DNA of 63,941 nt, the filler included, from Vannella sp. (lineage: Eukaryota), in NCBI GenBank assembly GCA_023345925.1. It is 7 parts of 7 records of this genome, joined end to end, with 100 filler letters (N's around TTAATTAATTAA, not from the genome) between each part and the next. Parts side by side here need not be neighbours in the genome. Positions count along the whole stretch, not along the records: positions 39,985 to 61,790 come from JAJQQN010000011.1; 6 more parts are not named here. One strand, given 5' to 3'. Below the pieces are notes generated by a model that saw nothing but the letters and a program-made list of their open reading frames with translations, had not been told where the DNA came from and searched no databases. Position 1 is the stretch's first letter, and the number at the start of each line of letters is the position of its first letter. This document shows positions 45,080-55,152 of the stretch, one piece after another. The translations under genes were made by a program, and so were the position numbers.

Positions 45080-48000
45080 ATGGTGTCTGGCTCTCCTGAG
45101 GAAGTGGAACATCCACCAGGGCAGAAGAATGCGCGGCAACGTGCAAGGCCAGAGACTTCGTACTTCGTGTGCGACACGCCCTCGCAAGCGCCATCAACAG
45201 GATACGAAAGTGGGCACTCTGCCTACTTCTCAGACTCAGCCCCAGCAACGGGCGTCGACGGGACTTATGTTGATGAAGATGATGATGCTCTTGCGACTTC
45301 AAGCAGCTACGTTCCCGTTCTTGAGGATACCGAAACCGAAGCCTTTCCACTCATTGCAGGCTACTCCACTCAACCGATACACACTCTCTCCGAGTCTGAT
45401 GAAGCTCAGGTTCCAGGATATCAAACGCCAACGGACTCGGACATGTTTGGCGATACAGGACTCGTCCCCACCTTTGCCCAAGGCCCCTCTCCCATCTCGA
45501 AGAACCCTCCCTCTGTGGATTCTAAACCGAAGGCTCGGCTTGGATGTCCCATAGATTGGAACTGGACCTTCCAGGAGTGCTTGGACATCCGTGAGGACGA
45601 GACCGAAGAAGGGTGCCTGGCCAAGTATCGCCAGCTGAGTGGATTAAGCACGAACTTTGTTCACACAGCAAAGAAGTTCGCCAAGACCATCATCGCAGAG
45701 TCTCATTTTGAGGTTATGGAGCATCGCACACTGAATCCTCATGACATGGGAGGCCTGGCGGGTGGAGAAAAGTACTTTTACCACGGAATACTCTTCAAGT
45801 TTGCGAGGGACTGGAAGAAGATCTACCGTGGTGACGAGAATGCTATGAAGGCAGCGGGTCATGAGATGAAAGCAGTCATGCGCTATGCTCAATGCGAAGG
45901 ACTTCGAGTTCCTCTCATGGCAATCATTGATTATAGAGGTCACCGGATCGTTGCTGAGGCGTTCCTCCCACTTACATCTGATAAGAGCACCCTTCAATAT
46001 GGTAGCGATGACGCTGGTAACCACGTCCTTGCTACTAACGAGAAACTGAACCTTCTGATGGAGAAAGCTGGGAAGCAGCTCAATATCAAACGCCATGAAG
46101 CCGGGAAATGCGAAGGAACGAGGGCCTCCATTTACGGCCCTGCGGATATTGAGGGCCACCAAGGAACTGATGGCCGCTTCTATGTACTTGATTTGGCTCG
46201 AGTTTATCCTCCCACCGGAGAGGAAGGTTATAAGAAGACCTTCCTTTACAAACTCTTCCGCCCCGAGTTTGTCAAGAACTACAAGATTCCTCTCTCCTCC
46301 GATGGCTGCAGTGATTTTGGTAAACACAACGAGGAGGAACATAATGCAGAGATTTTTGAAGCAACCTCCTACCTCCTCGAAAAGCTTATCCCAGATTTCA
46401 GCAAGCACGAGCTTCCTCTGCGCTATGCGAAAGAGAGCGAGAGAGAGTACCTCGAGCTTGATGGAATCACAGAGGAGATCCACCGCGTGGGCATTAATGT
46501 TCGATACTTGGGACGTGTGCGACACAATGCTGCTCCTTATCTCCAACCGGGACTCCTCAACGAAATTTGTGCTAGGATCATTAAGAACTGCTTGAGAGCG
46601 CACTTGCGGGAGGTTCGCCAAATGGGCCAAAACGAGGAGAAATTCAGAAAGGAAGCGGTTTTCTTCCTTAACCGTGTTCTAGGCCATGATTCTGTCAAAC
46701 AATCAGCTTCAGACTTGTGGTCAGACATCAAGCAGAAGATTATTTCTCAATTCGGATCGATCAGTCTGACAGACGCAGAGAGAGCACCTGACTACGATCT
46801 CCGCAAGTGTGTGGACATGTGCACACTCTTCCGAAGGGTCCAACAACTAACTGGAGTGAAATTGACCAAACAGGCTGGAGAAGATCTCAAAGCAGATATT
46901 GAAACGTTCAAACTGGTACAATCCGACATTAGGAAGATCTCCGCTCGAGTCAAGCACATGAATACTGTTACCTTGGCAGAGGCTCGCGCTTTGGCATTCG
47001 CTTCTCTTAAGGGAGAGAGAGACTCAGAGAGGCTCTTCCGAATGGCCTGTGCAAAGTTCAAGCTGGCGATCAAGTCTACTCCTGATAACACTCGATCACT
47101 GAATGACTTTGCCACGTTCTTAACAGACTTTGCAAAGCGCCATCCTCATCGCGAAAGCAATTTGGAAGTTTTTGAAGAAGCTTTTGGCAAGTGGAAAGCT
47201 ACAAAGAACTTCTCAAAGCTCATGGATCTTTGTGAGCTAATCAATAGTACACCCCAACGGTTCATGCCCTCCTTAAAGAAACGCGATGCTCTCTTAGATC
47301 GCTGCTATGCAGCAATTTGTAAGGACCCAACCCTTGCACTCGAAGATACCCTCCTGGTAGGGAAAGCGCTGGTGCAGTGGGGACACCATCTCCTCCGTAG
47401 GGCTCGATTAGAGGGTTTAGGTACTGAAAATGTCTACAAGAAGGCCGGCAAGAAGTTCCGCAAAGCACTTGAACTTCCTGTACTTGATGATATATCCACA
47501 AAACTTCGCCCCCTTGCTTCAAAGGTGAAAAACAACATAGATCTGGCTATGAGTTTCGAGTTGGCCAACTTCTCTCAGGACTGCCTTTGTCTGAGTCTTT
47601 ATCATAGGAAAGTCAGCCAGGAAGTGTTAGTCAACATGCTGGATTGTTTTGACATGAAAGAGATCATCATGAGTGAGAGCCCCGAAAAATCAGAAGACAT
47701 CTGCGATATTCTCAAAAAAGGAACAACCCTTATCAATTTGGACTTCGGGAACTGTTTCCATTTTGATGACAAGTGTGTAGACATCATAAGAGAACGGTAT
47801 GCGAAGTCTCTAACCTCCATCACGATGGCTGGTTGCACAAGAGTGACCAGTCGAGGCTTTGAACACCTTCTTCAGTGCACAAAGCTTACGTTCCTCGACA
47901 TCAGCAACTGTCTTGATATCGGAGGATTACTGGGTCAGGCTCGCTACTATTTCCTTGATCTAGAAGTTCTTATTCTTGCAGGGTGTGTGGATATAGAGGA

Positions 48001-49078
48001 CGCTGATCTCAATGGTCTTAATTTTAAAAAGCTTCACACCTTGGATCTTAGCCGCTTACCCATTCACTCTCTTTCATTCTTGAAGGATTGCCCCAATCTC
48101 TCAAATCTCCGCATTAATCAGTGCTCAGAACTGAAGGCGTTGGACTTTTCTCCTGTCTGCCAAGATCTTAAGGTCCTTGGTGCCCGAAACTGTCGAATGC
48201 TCTCTGGGGAATCGCTTCAGGATCTAATCAATAATGGGAGTTGTCTGGAACGTCTCGACTTACAGGGATGCTCGGAAGTTAGCGGGTCCATCATTGAAAG
48301 AATCTCACAAGCCCACCAAAATATCACTCAGCTCTGGATAGGCGATAATAAGGAGCTCGGAGCAGCCTGTGTAGTAGCTGTCTTGAAGAATCTCCCTCTA
48401 CTGGAGTGCTTGGGTGTCTCGAAAGTGCCCCTTGAAGTGGAGTTGGCGAAGATGTCCGAGCAAAAAAGAGACAGATTCCCCAATTTGAAAAACTTGACCT
48501 TGGTTTCCACTGATTTAGAGAACTCTTTGGAACTGTTTGGATCCTCTGCACTCCGCACCTTGGAGTTATCAGAGAACAAGAAACTGGACCATGTCCATTT
48601 GAGGAAGCTCTTTGAGAGGAGCCCGAACATCACCAAACTGGTGGCCATTGGGTGTACCTCACTTTCTGACAATTCAGTGGAGATCATTGCGAAAAGTCTT
48701 CCACAGCTGCAGCACTTGGACCTCTCTAACAATCCCCTTCTGGTTGATGTATCCTCACTTTCTCAATTGCGAGAACTAGAAGGGCTCACTCTCACGAGTT
48801 GCAAAAACATTTCCACTGCAGGTCTCCTGAAAGTCCTGAATGAGCCAAGATATCTTAAGTCCTTGAACATTCAGGGATGTTCCCATGTCGATGGGTCACT
48901 TACCACATTCATCTCGGAGAGGGACCTTTTTGGGGTTGATCTCCAATTGGGCCGCAACAAGATATCTGGAAAGGACCAAGAGGATTTTGAACTCTCAAGG
49001 TCATCGACAGATGGGATTTTGCCATCCCACATCCGGAATTCTGCTCGATTGAACCCTGATCAGTTTCAGCTCTCTTAA
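45080..49078 (+). CDS. Clu-domain + helical + LRR protein, paralog 2
   Basis: GGLAGGEKY, KAAGHEMK, GPADIEGHQGTDGRFYVLDLARVYPP, IHRVGINVRYLG; C-terminal LRRs; intronless; first ATG at 45080. Confidence 0.9.
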   Translation: MVSGSPEEVEHPPGQKNARQRARPETSYFVCDTPSQAPSTGYESGHSAYFSDSAPATGVDGTYVDEDDDALATSSSYVPVLEDTETEAFPLIAGYSTQPIHTLSESDEAQVPGYQTPTDSDMFGDTGLVPTFAQGPSPISKNPPSVDSKPKARLGCPIDWNWTFQECLDIREDETEEGCLAKYRQLSGLSTNFVHTAKKFAKTIIAESHFEVMEHRTLNPHDMGGLAGGEKYFYHGILFKFARDWKKIYRGDENAMKAAGHEMKAVMRYAQCEGLRVPLMAIIDYRGHRIVAEAFLPLTSDKSTLQYGSDDAGNHVLATNEKLNLLMEKAGKQLNIKRHEAGKCEGTRASIYGPADIEGHQGTDGRFYVLDLARVYPPTGEEGYKKTFLYKLFRPEFVKNYKIPLSSDGCSDFGKHNEEEHNAEIFEATSYLLEKLIPDFSKHELPLRYAKESEREYLELDGITEEIHRVGINVRYLGRVRHNAAPYLQPGLLNEICARIIKNCLRAHLREVRQMGQNEEKFRKEAVFFLNRVLGHDSVKQSASDLWSDIKQKIISQFGSISLTDAERAPDYDLRKCVDMCTLFRRVQQLTGVKLTKQAGEDLKADIETFKLVQSDIRKISARVKHMNTVTLAEARALAFASLKGERDSERLFRMACAKFKLAIKSTPDNTRSLNDFATFLTDFAKRHPHRESNLEVFEEAFGKWKATKNFSKLMDLCELINSTPQRFMPSLKKRDALLDRCYAAICKDPTLALEDTLLVGKALVQWGHHLLRRARLEGLGTENVYKKAGKKFRKALELPVLDDISTKLRPLASKVKNNIDLAMSFELANFSQDCLCLSLYHRKVSQEVLVNMLDCFDMKEIIMSESPEKSEDICDILKKGTTLINLDFGNCFHFDDKCVDIIRERYAKSLTSITMAGCTRVTSRGFEHLLQCTKLTFLDISNCLDIGGLLGQARYYFLDLEVLILAGCVDIEDADLNGLNFKKLHTLDLSRLPIHSLSFLKDCPNLSNLRINQCSELKALDFSPVCQDLKVLGARNCRMLSGESLQDLINNGSCLERLDLQGCSEVSGSIIERISQAHQNITQLWIGDNKELGAACVVAVLKNLPLLECLGVSKVPLEVELAKMSEQKRDRFPNLKNLTLVSTDLENSLELFGSSALRTLELSENKKLDHVHLRKLFERSPNITKLVAIGCTSLSDNSVEIIAKSLPQLQHLDLSNNPLLVDVSSLSQLRELEGLTLTSCKNISTAGLLKVLNEPRYLKSLNIQGCSHVDGSLTTFISERDLFGVDLQLGRNKISGKDQEDFELSRSSTDGILPSHIRNSARLNPDQFQLS

Positions 49079-49199
49079 CTTGAAATATCAGTGAACTCCC
49101 AATGGTAAATGTTAGTTGAATGGTTATAAAGGAATACTCCTGCTGTATTGAGTCGTGCAGGGAGTGGGGCGATGTGTGGCTCTGTTGATTTGAAGTAAT

Positions 49200-52100
49200 C
49201 TAACGGAAAGTGGAGTGTACCCGCTGCGCAAAGCTGGAACCGTAATGATTTGAGGAAGGAGAGCAATCACTTGTGCTAAGACTAAGAGAAGCTCCTTGTT
49301 GGCTCCCTCGCCTGGCGGAGAATTGACTCACTCCAACAGATTTAGCATGGTTCAGTTCCATGTGACGGAATGCCTCATCCTGAAGGAGTGAATCGATCCC
49401 TGGATGGTCATACAATCCCACTTGACGCAATTTGCGACAATCGGTCAGGGCTTTGCGCAAGGTGGAGGTACCAATGTTCCTACAACTTCGTGCTGACAAA
49501 CTCTCCAAGTCCCGTAATACTCCCAACGGGGATACGTCACAACAACTGTTCAGTTGCGAGATATTCAGTTCCCTTAATTGAGGGAATGACTGTGCAATAA
49601 GCTTGATTGTGTCGTCACCAAGCGATTCGCAACCGGCTAACTCTAGAATCTCTAATTGGGGACATGATTGAAAGAGCTCAATCAAGTGGGAATGTGTGAG
49701 AGATGGATTATAAGACAAATTCAGATGTTGAAGAAGGTTTGAAGCAGCAAAGTGCCGCAGAGAGTGTCCAAGATCTGCAGAGATTAAGGTAAGTTGCCTC
49801 AAATTAGGAAAGGAGACCCCGCTTGCGAACATCTCCTCCATCTCCTGGTTGAGTTTTACTTTCGACACGCTCAATCGCTCTAGCTTCTGGAGTCTAGTCA
49901 TTATTGAAATGACGCTGACAGACCGAAGATCTCTGTTCTTTCCAATCCACAGCCGCGTAATATCTGGATGGTTAACAGATAAGCGTTCAATCTGATCTCC
50001 TGTGATTCTTTGGCATCCATACAAATCCAAACGTTGCAAAGAATGTCCGTTTTGAAGTCCTCCAAGGGAGGATCCACTCAGTTCTTTGCAATCCCGAGCC
50101 AAAAGTACTTCCAAATTGCGGGCAGAAAAGTCAAGTGCAGTGATTTTGGAGCATTTGTTGATCCGCAACCTAGTCAATACTGGGCACCCCTTTAAAAAAG
50201 CAAGTGAATGGACGTGAAGTCCGCTAAGATCCAGCTTGTACAGCTTTGAGCAACGAGAGAGTCCCTGCATCAGAGAGGTCTCAACAGCATCACAAGAAGC
50301 TAAACTGAGGCATTGAATCTCGGGTAAGTGCTGGTACAGAAGTCCTAGGAATACTGATACATCTTTGCAACGAGAAAGATCCAGTTGGGTGAGTTTCGAG
50401 CACTTTGAAAGAGAATCAAGTCCTTCTGCAGTGATCTTCACGCATCCAGCAATATTCAAAGAGCGTAAAGAAGATCCACAATGCTCTTCAATTGTTTTCA
50501 AGCAGCCATTATTGAAAAACTCGCACCCTTCAAAGTCTAATACAGTGAGGCATCGCTCCCTGGCAAACCGAATGGCCCGAGATAGCTGAGCCCCGCTTAA
50601 CCTCCACTTGGGCAACTGAATTTCTGTTATCTGGGAGCATTCTATCACTCGCTCCAGTACGCTGGAAACTGAAGTAGTTCGAGGCGTAATGCTCCTAAGA
50701 TCACTTGGTGCAAGTCGGTGAGGAGATAAACGGAGACTATCGAAAGCTATAGCAAGCTCTAAATCGCAAAGATCCTCCGCAACGTGTTTCAGAGCCATAA
50801 ATTCCTTTTTGGGAACCAATTGAACGAGCGATGAACGGTACCTCGATCCAGCCTCCTCCAAGAGTGCCTTGCAATTCAGCCTTTGTGCTCGATCAAGAAG
50901 CGCATGGCCCCACTCCACATAGAATGTGCCAGATCCAGATTGTTCCTTGATTGGTGGGTCTGCCTCATGTATCGCTTCATAGCAGCGATCAATCAATTTG
51001 TCGCATCGCTCTAGCGAGGGAATGAAGCGAGAAGGTGTGTGGAGAATAAGCTGAGCTAGCTCTCGAATTTTGGCATAATTTTTGGCTGCGTGGAACTTGC
51101 TGAACGCTTCTTCAAATAAGTCTAAGTTGCCGTCACGATTGGGATATCTTTTGGCGTACTCCATTAAGAATGAAGAGAAAACATTGATTGCCATGGCACT
51201 GTCTGGTGTCGCCTGAATTGCCACATTAAATTTGGATCGTGCAAGTCGAAAGAGCCGTTCTGAGCTCTGTTCATCTCTTTCTTTCAGCGCTCCAATTGCC
51301 AGTGCACGTCCTTCCGCAAGTGATATCGTGTTCATATGCTTTACACGTGCAGAGATCTTCTCAATGTCCGCCTTGACTAACTTGAAGCCTGAGGTATGTT
51401 TGTATAAGTCCTGTTGAGCTTGCTTTGTAAGCTTAATGCCCGTAAGTTTCTGAAGCCGTCTAAAGAACCTGTGAAAATTGATATGCTTGCGCAAGTCAAA
51501 GGAAAGACTTTTCTCTTCCTCTGTTAGTGCCTCACTTCCAAAGGTTTTGATGACTTTCCGTTTGATTTTCCCCCAAAACATAGATGCGGTCATTCGGGGT
51601 GAGTTGTGTCCTAAAACGAGGTTGAAAAAGTTGACTGCCCCAGCTCTGAAGACTTCTTCGCTGGGAGTGTTCATACTACGGGCAATGTCCCTCTGGTTCC
51701 ACCGCAAATAGTTTTTTGTGGTTCGGGCGCACATCTCGTTCAAAAGGGCTGCGGAAAGGTGGGATGGCGCGAGACCACGAACTCGCCCAATGTATCGAAC
51801 GTTGATCCCAGCCCGATGGACCAACTCAGTGATATTGTCCACCTCCTGGTAATCCTGGTAGTCAGCAAAGTCCGACTCGCCATCACGGAGGGGGAAAGTT
51901 CGCGGAAGCTCAATTTTGCTGAAGTCAGGGATAGTCGTTTCCAACAGATATGTTGTAGCCTTCCTTACCTCATCCTCGTGCTCCCTCGAGTTGTGAAACC
52001 CAAAGTTGGAGAAAGTGTCTGAAGAGAGGGGTGTTTGGTAGTTCTTGACAAACTCAGGTCGAAATAGTTTGTATAAGTAGGTTTTGCTTGCCACGCCCCC

Positions 52101-53498
52101 CTCCGCGGTAGGAGGGTAAACCCGAGCCAAGTCAACCACATAGTAGCGCCCATCGTCACCAAGATGACCTTCAATATCAGCTGGACCATACAGAAACTCC
52201 GAGTTGGTCGACACTGAAGTCCCAGCCTTGTGTGATTTGATGTTTAACTGCTGCCCTGCAGTTCTCATGAGACTCTTCAACTTCTTATCTGTGACAACGA
52301 CGTTCTGTCCTCGATCTTCACTCCCATACCGGAGAGTAGACGGTTTACCGCTTTTTTTGGAGTGAATCGGCAAACAAGACTGGGCAATTAAACGATAGCC
52401 GTGGTAATCGATAATTGCCATTAGAGGGACATGCAAACCGGGTATCTGAGAGTACCTCATGGCACTTTTCATTTCATGGGCGGCAGCTTTCATAGCACAT
52501 TCATCGCCTCTGCGCTTATGTTTCTTTCCCTTTCCTTTGGGAGTTGGGTCGTAATAGTCTTTCCAATCAAGCGCAAACTTGAAGATGATATCGTGATAAA
52601 GGTACTTCTGCCCACCGGCTTCTCCCCCCAGTTTGGGAGAGACCTTCAGGGTGCGACAGGATTCCATGAAATGAGCCTCTGCAATGATGATTTTGCCGAA
52701 CTTCTTGGCAGTGTGCACAAAGTCGGCAGCCAAGGCGCTTAGTTTCCAGTACTTTTCCAAACACTCCTCTTCTGTATCTTCGCTCATCTCCAAGTGCTCT
52801 TGAAACGACTTGTTCCATCCAACAAGGCATCCTTCATTTGGCGTCTCCTCTTGATGGGAATAGAAGAGCTCCCTTTGATTGGACAAATCCCGCTCTCCGA
52901 CAAACGAAAATGACGACGATGGAGGGAACCTTCCAGGAACCAACCCAGTGTCTCCAAACACGTCACTCTGTTCAGAGGGTGCGTCATAGCTGGAAGCCTT
53001 TTCGACTCCCTCTCGGGATACAGAGTACCCTGGATCAGAGGACTCGAAGGAGGGGATGTTGCAATCCTCTTCACCCTCGCTTTCATTCTGATACTCGGAT
53101 ACGACGGCTGTTGGAGCAGAACCCACAAAGTAGGAGGTACGGGAATGTGAAGAAGGTTCAGGAGCTCCGTATGGAACCACTCGGCCAGCTCCTGAGACAC
53201 CAGACGAAGCATGGCGGGGAACTTCACGAGATCTGTCGGTCTGATCCAGGAAATAGCTTGCCATGATGGGACTTGTTTGGCCTGAACTACTTCCATAAGG
53301 AGATTCCTCTTGTGATCCAGATGAAGGAGATGCATATCCCGTCTCCTCCCGACGAGCCTGCCCTCTCGAAGGGGGAGGGTTGACAAAATAAGCAGTGGAC
53401 GAGCCAGAAGGCGAGCTTCCTGTCCTTCTCCCTGTAGAGAAGTGATTGACCGCTCCTCGACCAGGTTTTCGTGAGCGAGAGCGATGCGAGGCGCTCAT
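49200..53498 (-). CDS. Clu-domain + helical + LRR protein, paralog 3
   Basis: GGEAGGQKY, KAAAHEMK, GPADIEGHLGDDGRYYVVDLARVYPP, VHRAGINVRYIG; C-terminal LRRs; intronless, 1432 aa. Confidence 0.9.
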   Translation of the reverse strand: MSASHRSRSRKPGRGAVNHFSTGRRTGSSPSGSSTAYFVNPPPSRGQARREETGYASPSSGSQEESPYGSSSGQTSPIMASYFLDQTDRSREVPRHASSGVSGAGRVVPYGAPEPSSHSRTSYFVGSAPTAVVSEYQNESEGEEDCNIPSFESSDPGYSVSREGVEKASSYDAPSEQSDVFGDTGLVPGRFPPSSSFSFVGERDLSNQRELFYSHQEETPNEGCLVGWNKSFQEHLEMSEDTEEECLEKYWKLSALAADFVHTAKKFGKIIIAEAHFMESCRTLKVSPKLGGEAGGQKYLYHDIIFKFALDWKDYYDPTPKGKGKKHKRRGDECAMKAAAHEMKSAMRYSQIPGLHVPLMAIIDYHGYRLIAQSCLPIHSKKSGKPSTLRYGSEDRGQNVVVTDKKLKSLMRTAGQQLNIKSHKAGTSVSTNSEFLYGPADIEGHLGDDGRYYVVDLARVYPPTAEGGVASKTYLYKLFRPEFVKNYQTPLSSDTFSNFGFHNSREHEDEVRKATTYLLETTIPDFSKIELPRTFPLRDGESDFADYQDYQEVDNITELVHRAGINVRYIGRVRGLAPSHLSAALLNEMCARTTKNYLRWNQRDIARSMNTPSEEVFRAGAVNFFNLVLGHNSPRMTASMFWGKIKRKVIKTFGSEALTEEEKSLSFDLRKHINFHRFFRRLQKLTGIKLTKQAQQDLYKHTSGFKLVKADIEKISARVKHMNTISLAEGRALAIGALKERDEQSSERLFRLARSKFNVAIQATPDSAMAINVFSSFLMEYAKRYPNRDGNLDLFEEAFSKFHAAKNYAKIRELAQLILHTPSRFIPSLERCDKLIDRCYEAIHEADPPIKEQSGSGTFYVEWGHALLDRAQRLNCKALLEEAGSRYRSSLVQLVPKKEFMALKHVAEDLCDLELAIAFDSLRLSPHRLAPSDLRSITPRTTSVSSVLERVIECSQITEIQLPKWRLSGAQLSRAIRFARERCLTVLDFEGCEFFNNGCLKTIEEHCGSSLRSLNIAGCVKITAEGLDSLSKCSKLTQLDLSRCKDVSVFLGLLYQHLPEIQCLSLASCDAVETSLMQGLSRCSKLYKLDLSGLHVHSLAFLKGCPVLTRLRINKCSKITALDFSARNLEVLLARDCKELSGSSLGGLQNGHSLQRLDLYGCQRITGDQIERLSVNHPDITRLWIGKNRDLRSVSVISIMTRLQKLERLSVSKVKLNQEMEEMFASGVSFPNLRQLTLISADLGHSLRHFAASNLLQHLNLSYNPSLTHSHLIELFQSCPQLEILELAGCESLGDDTIKLIAQSFPQLRELNISQLNSCCDVSPLGVLRDLESLSARSCRNIGTSTLRKALTDCRKLRQVGLYDHPGIDSLLQDEAFRHMELNHAKSVGVSQFSARRGSQQGASLSLSTSDCSPSSNHYGSSFAQRVHSTFR

Positions 53499-53603
53499 CC
53501 TGCGCTAAGAAAGAATGAAGATCATTATTGGGCAATAATCAGGAAATGTCATGTCGGTGGCAGCTCCTCAACAAGTGACAGCGGCGCGCCCTCAAGTCTG
53601 TTT

Positions 53604-54295
53604 ATGATGTCGCAGAACGGTCAACTCATCGGGAAGGAGCAGTTACGCGAGTACTTTCACCTCCCCATCAATGAGGTGGCGAGAAGACTGGGAGTGTGCG
53701 CCACTGTTCTGAAGAAGATCTGCCGAAAGAACGGCATTCCTCGATGGCCGCACCGGAAGGTTTGGGCCCGCTCCTTTCAGCTTGCGCATGTGAAAAGGAT
53801 CTAACACATTTCAGCTCCGCTCGATCGAGAAGATGATCAAATCCTTAGAGAAAGGAGTCCCTCGTACGAAGGAGGACGAACTGCGCATCTCCCAAGAGAT
53901 AGCGACCTTGCAGAGCAAACGGACCTTCATCATTGAGAACCCGGCAGTCTTAGGTCAGTAGAGTCGGATATTGAACATGCAGCACACACTCACGTGGAGT
54001 AGCTCTGAAGGGAAAGAAGGAAGGACCCGAGTATCAAAACGAGGAGTATCCTTTGGCAAACAGCAGCCCTGACCTTTTGGAATCTTCCCCTCCATCTCCA
54101 TTGCGAAGCCTTTCAGAAGACCTTCCGCGGTACCTTGGAGAAGGGGATCTCCTTTCTATTCAGACCTTCATGATGACCTCCTTGCGCCACATGTACAGCG
54201 AAGAGGTCTACCAATCAATCTGCAACGGATGGTGCGCACTCAAGGAAGAGGAGGAGGAGTCGGTGACATCAGAGATGGCTTGTGATCTCCATTGA
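53604..54295 (+). CDS. RWP-RK domain transcription factor (3 exons)
   Basis: LREYFHLPINEVARRLGVCATVLKKICRKNGIPRWPHRK|LRSI followed by a coiled coil. Confidence 0.93.
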
Positions 54296-54520
54296 AGCTT
54301 CCTGATGCTCCAAAGAGACTGGAGTTCGCGGTGGGGACGACGCTCGACCTTCCTTTACGGAACAATTAATACCATCAATAAAGGAGCGGAGAGCGTATTA
54401 TTATTACACAAAATGCACGTGAAAAGTAATTTCGTCAGCATTAGAGTTTGAGGAACAGCTCGGATACGAAAATTTTCGGACAACCAAAAGGTTCCTTTTT
54501 TTTCACGTTCGAGCGGGTGA

Positions 54521-55014
<494 letters not shown>

Positions 55015-55152
55015 ATGATGTGGTCTTGCTCTACGATCATAAATTGCTTGCAAGACCTGCGAACCAACTTTATCGGAGACAAGCAGGGAAGGCATGACGA
55101 TTTATGTCAACACGTCACTGCTGACAGTCCTTTTTTGTTCCCCTTTTCTCTG

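Noticed and set aside
45644..46630. 328-aa antisense ORF within Clu-LRR paralog 2
   Set aside because: Shadow ORF opposite a conserved coding region; the equivalent frames are interrupted in paralogs 1 and 3
54400..54505. AT-rich stretch with CGAAAATTTTCG palindrome upstream of Ub-L40
   Set aside because: Plausible ribosomal-protein promoter element, but a single short occurrence is not enough support
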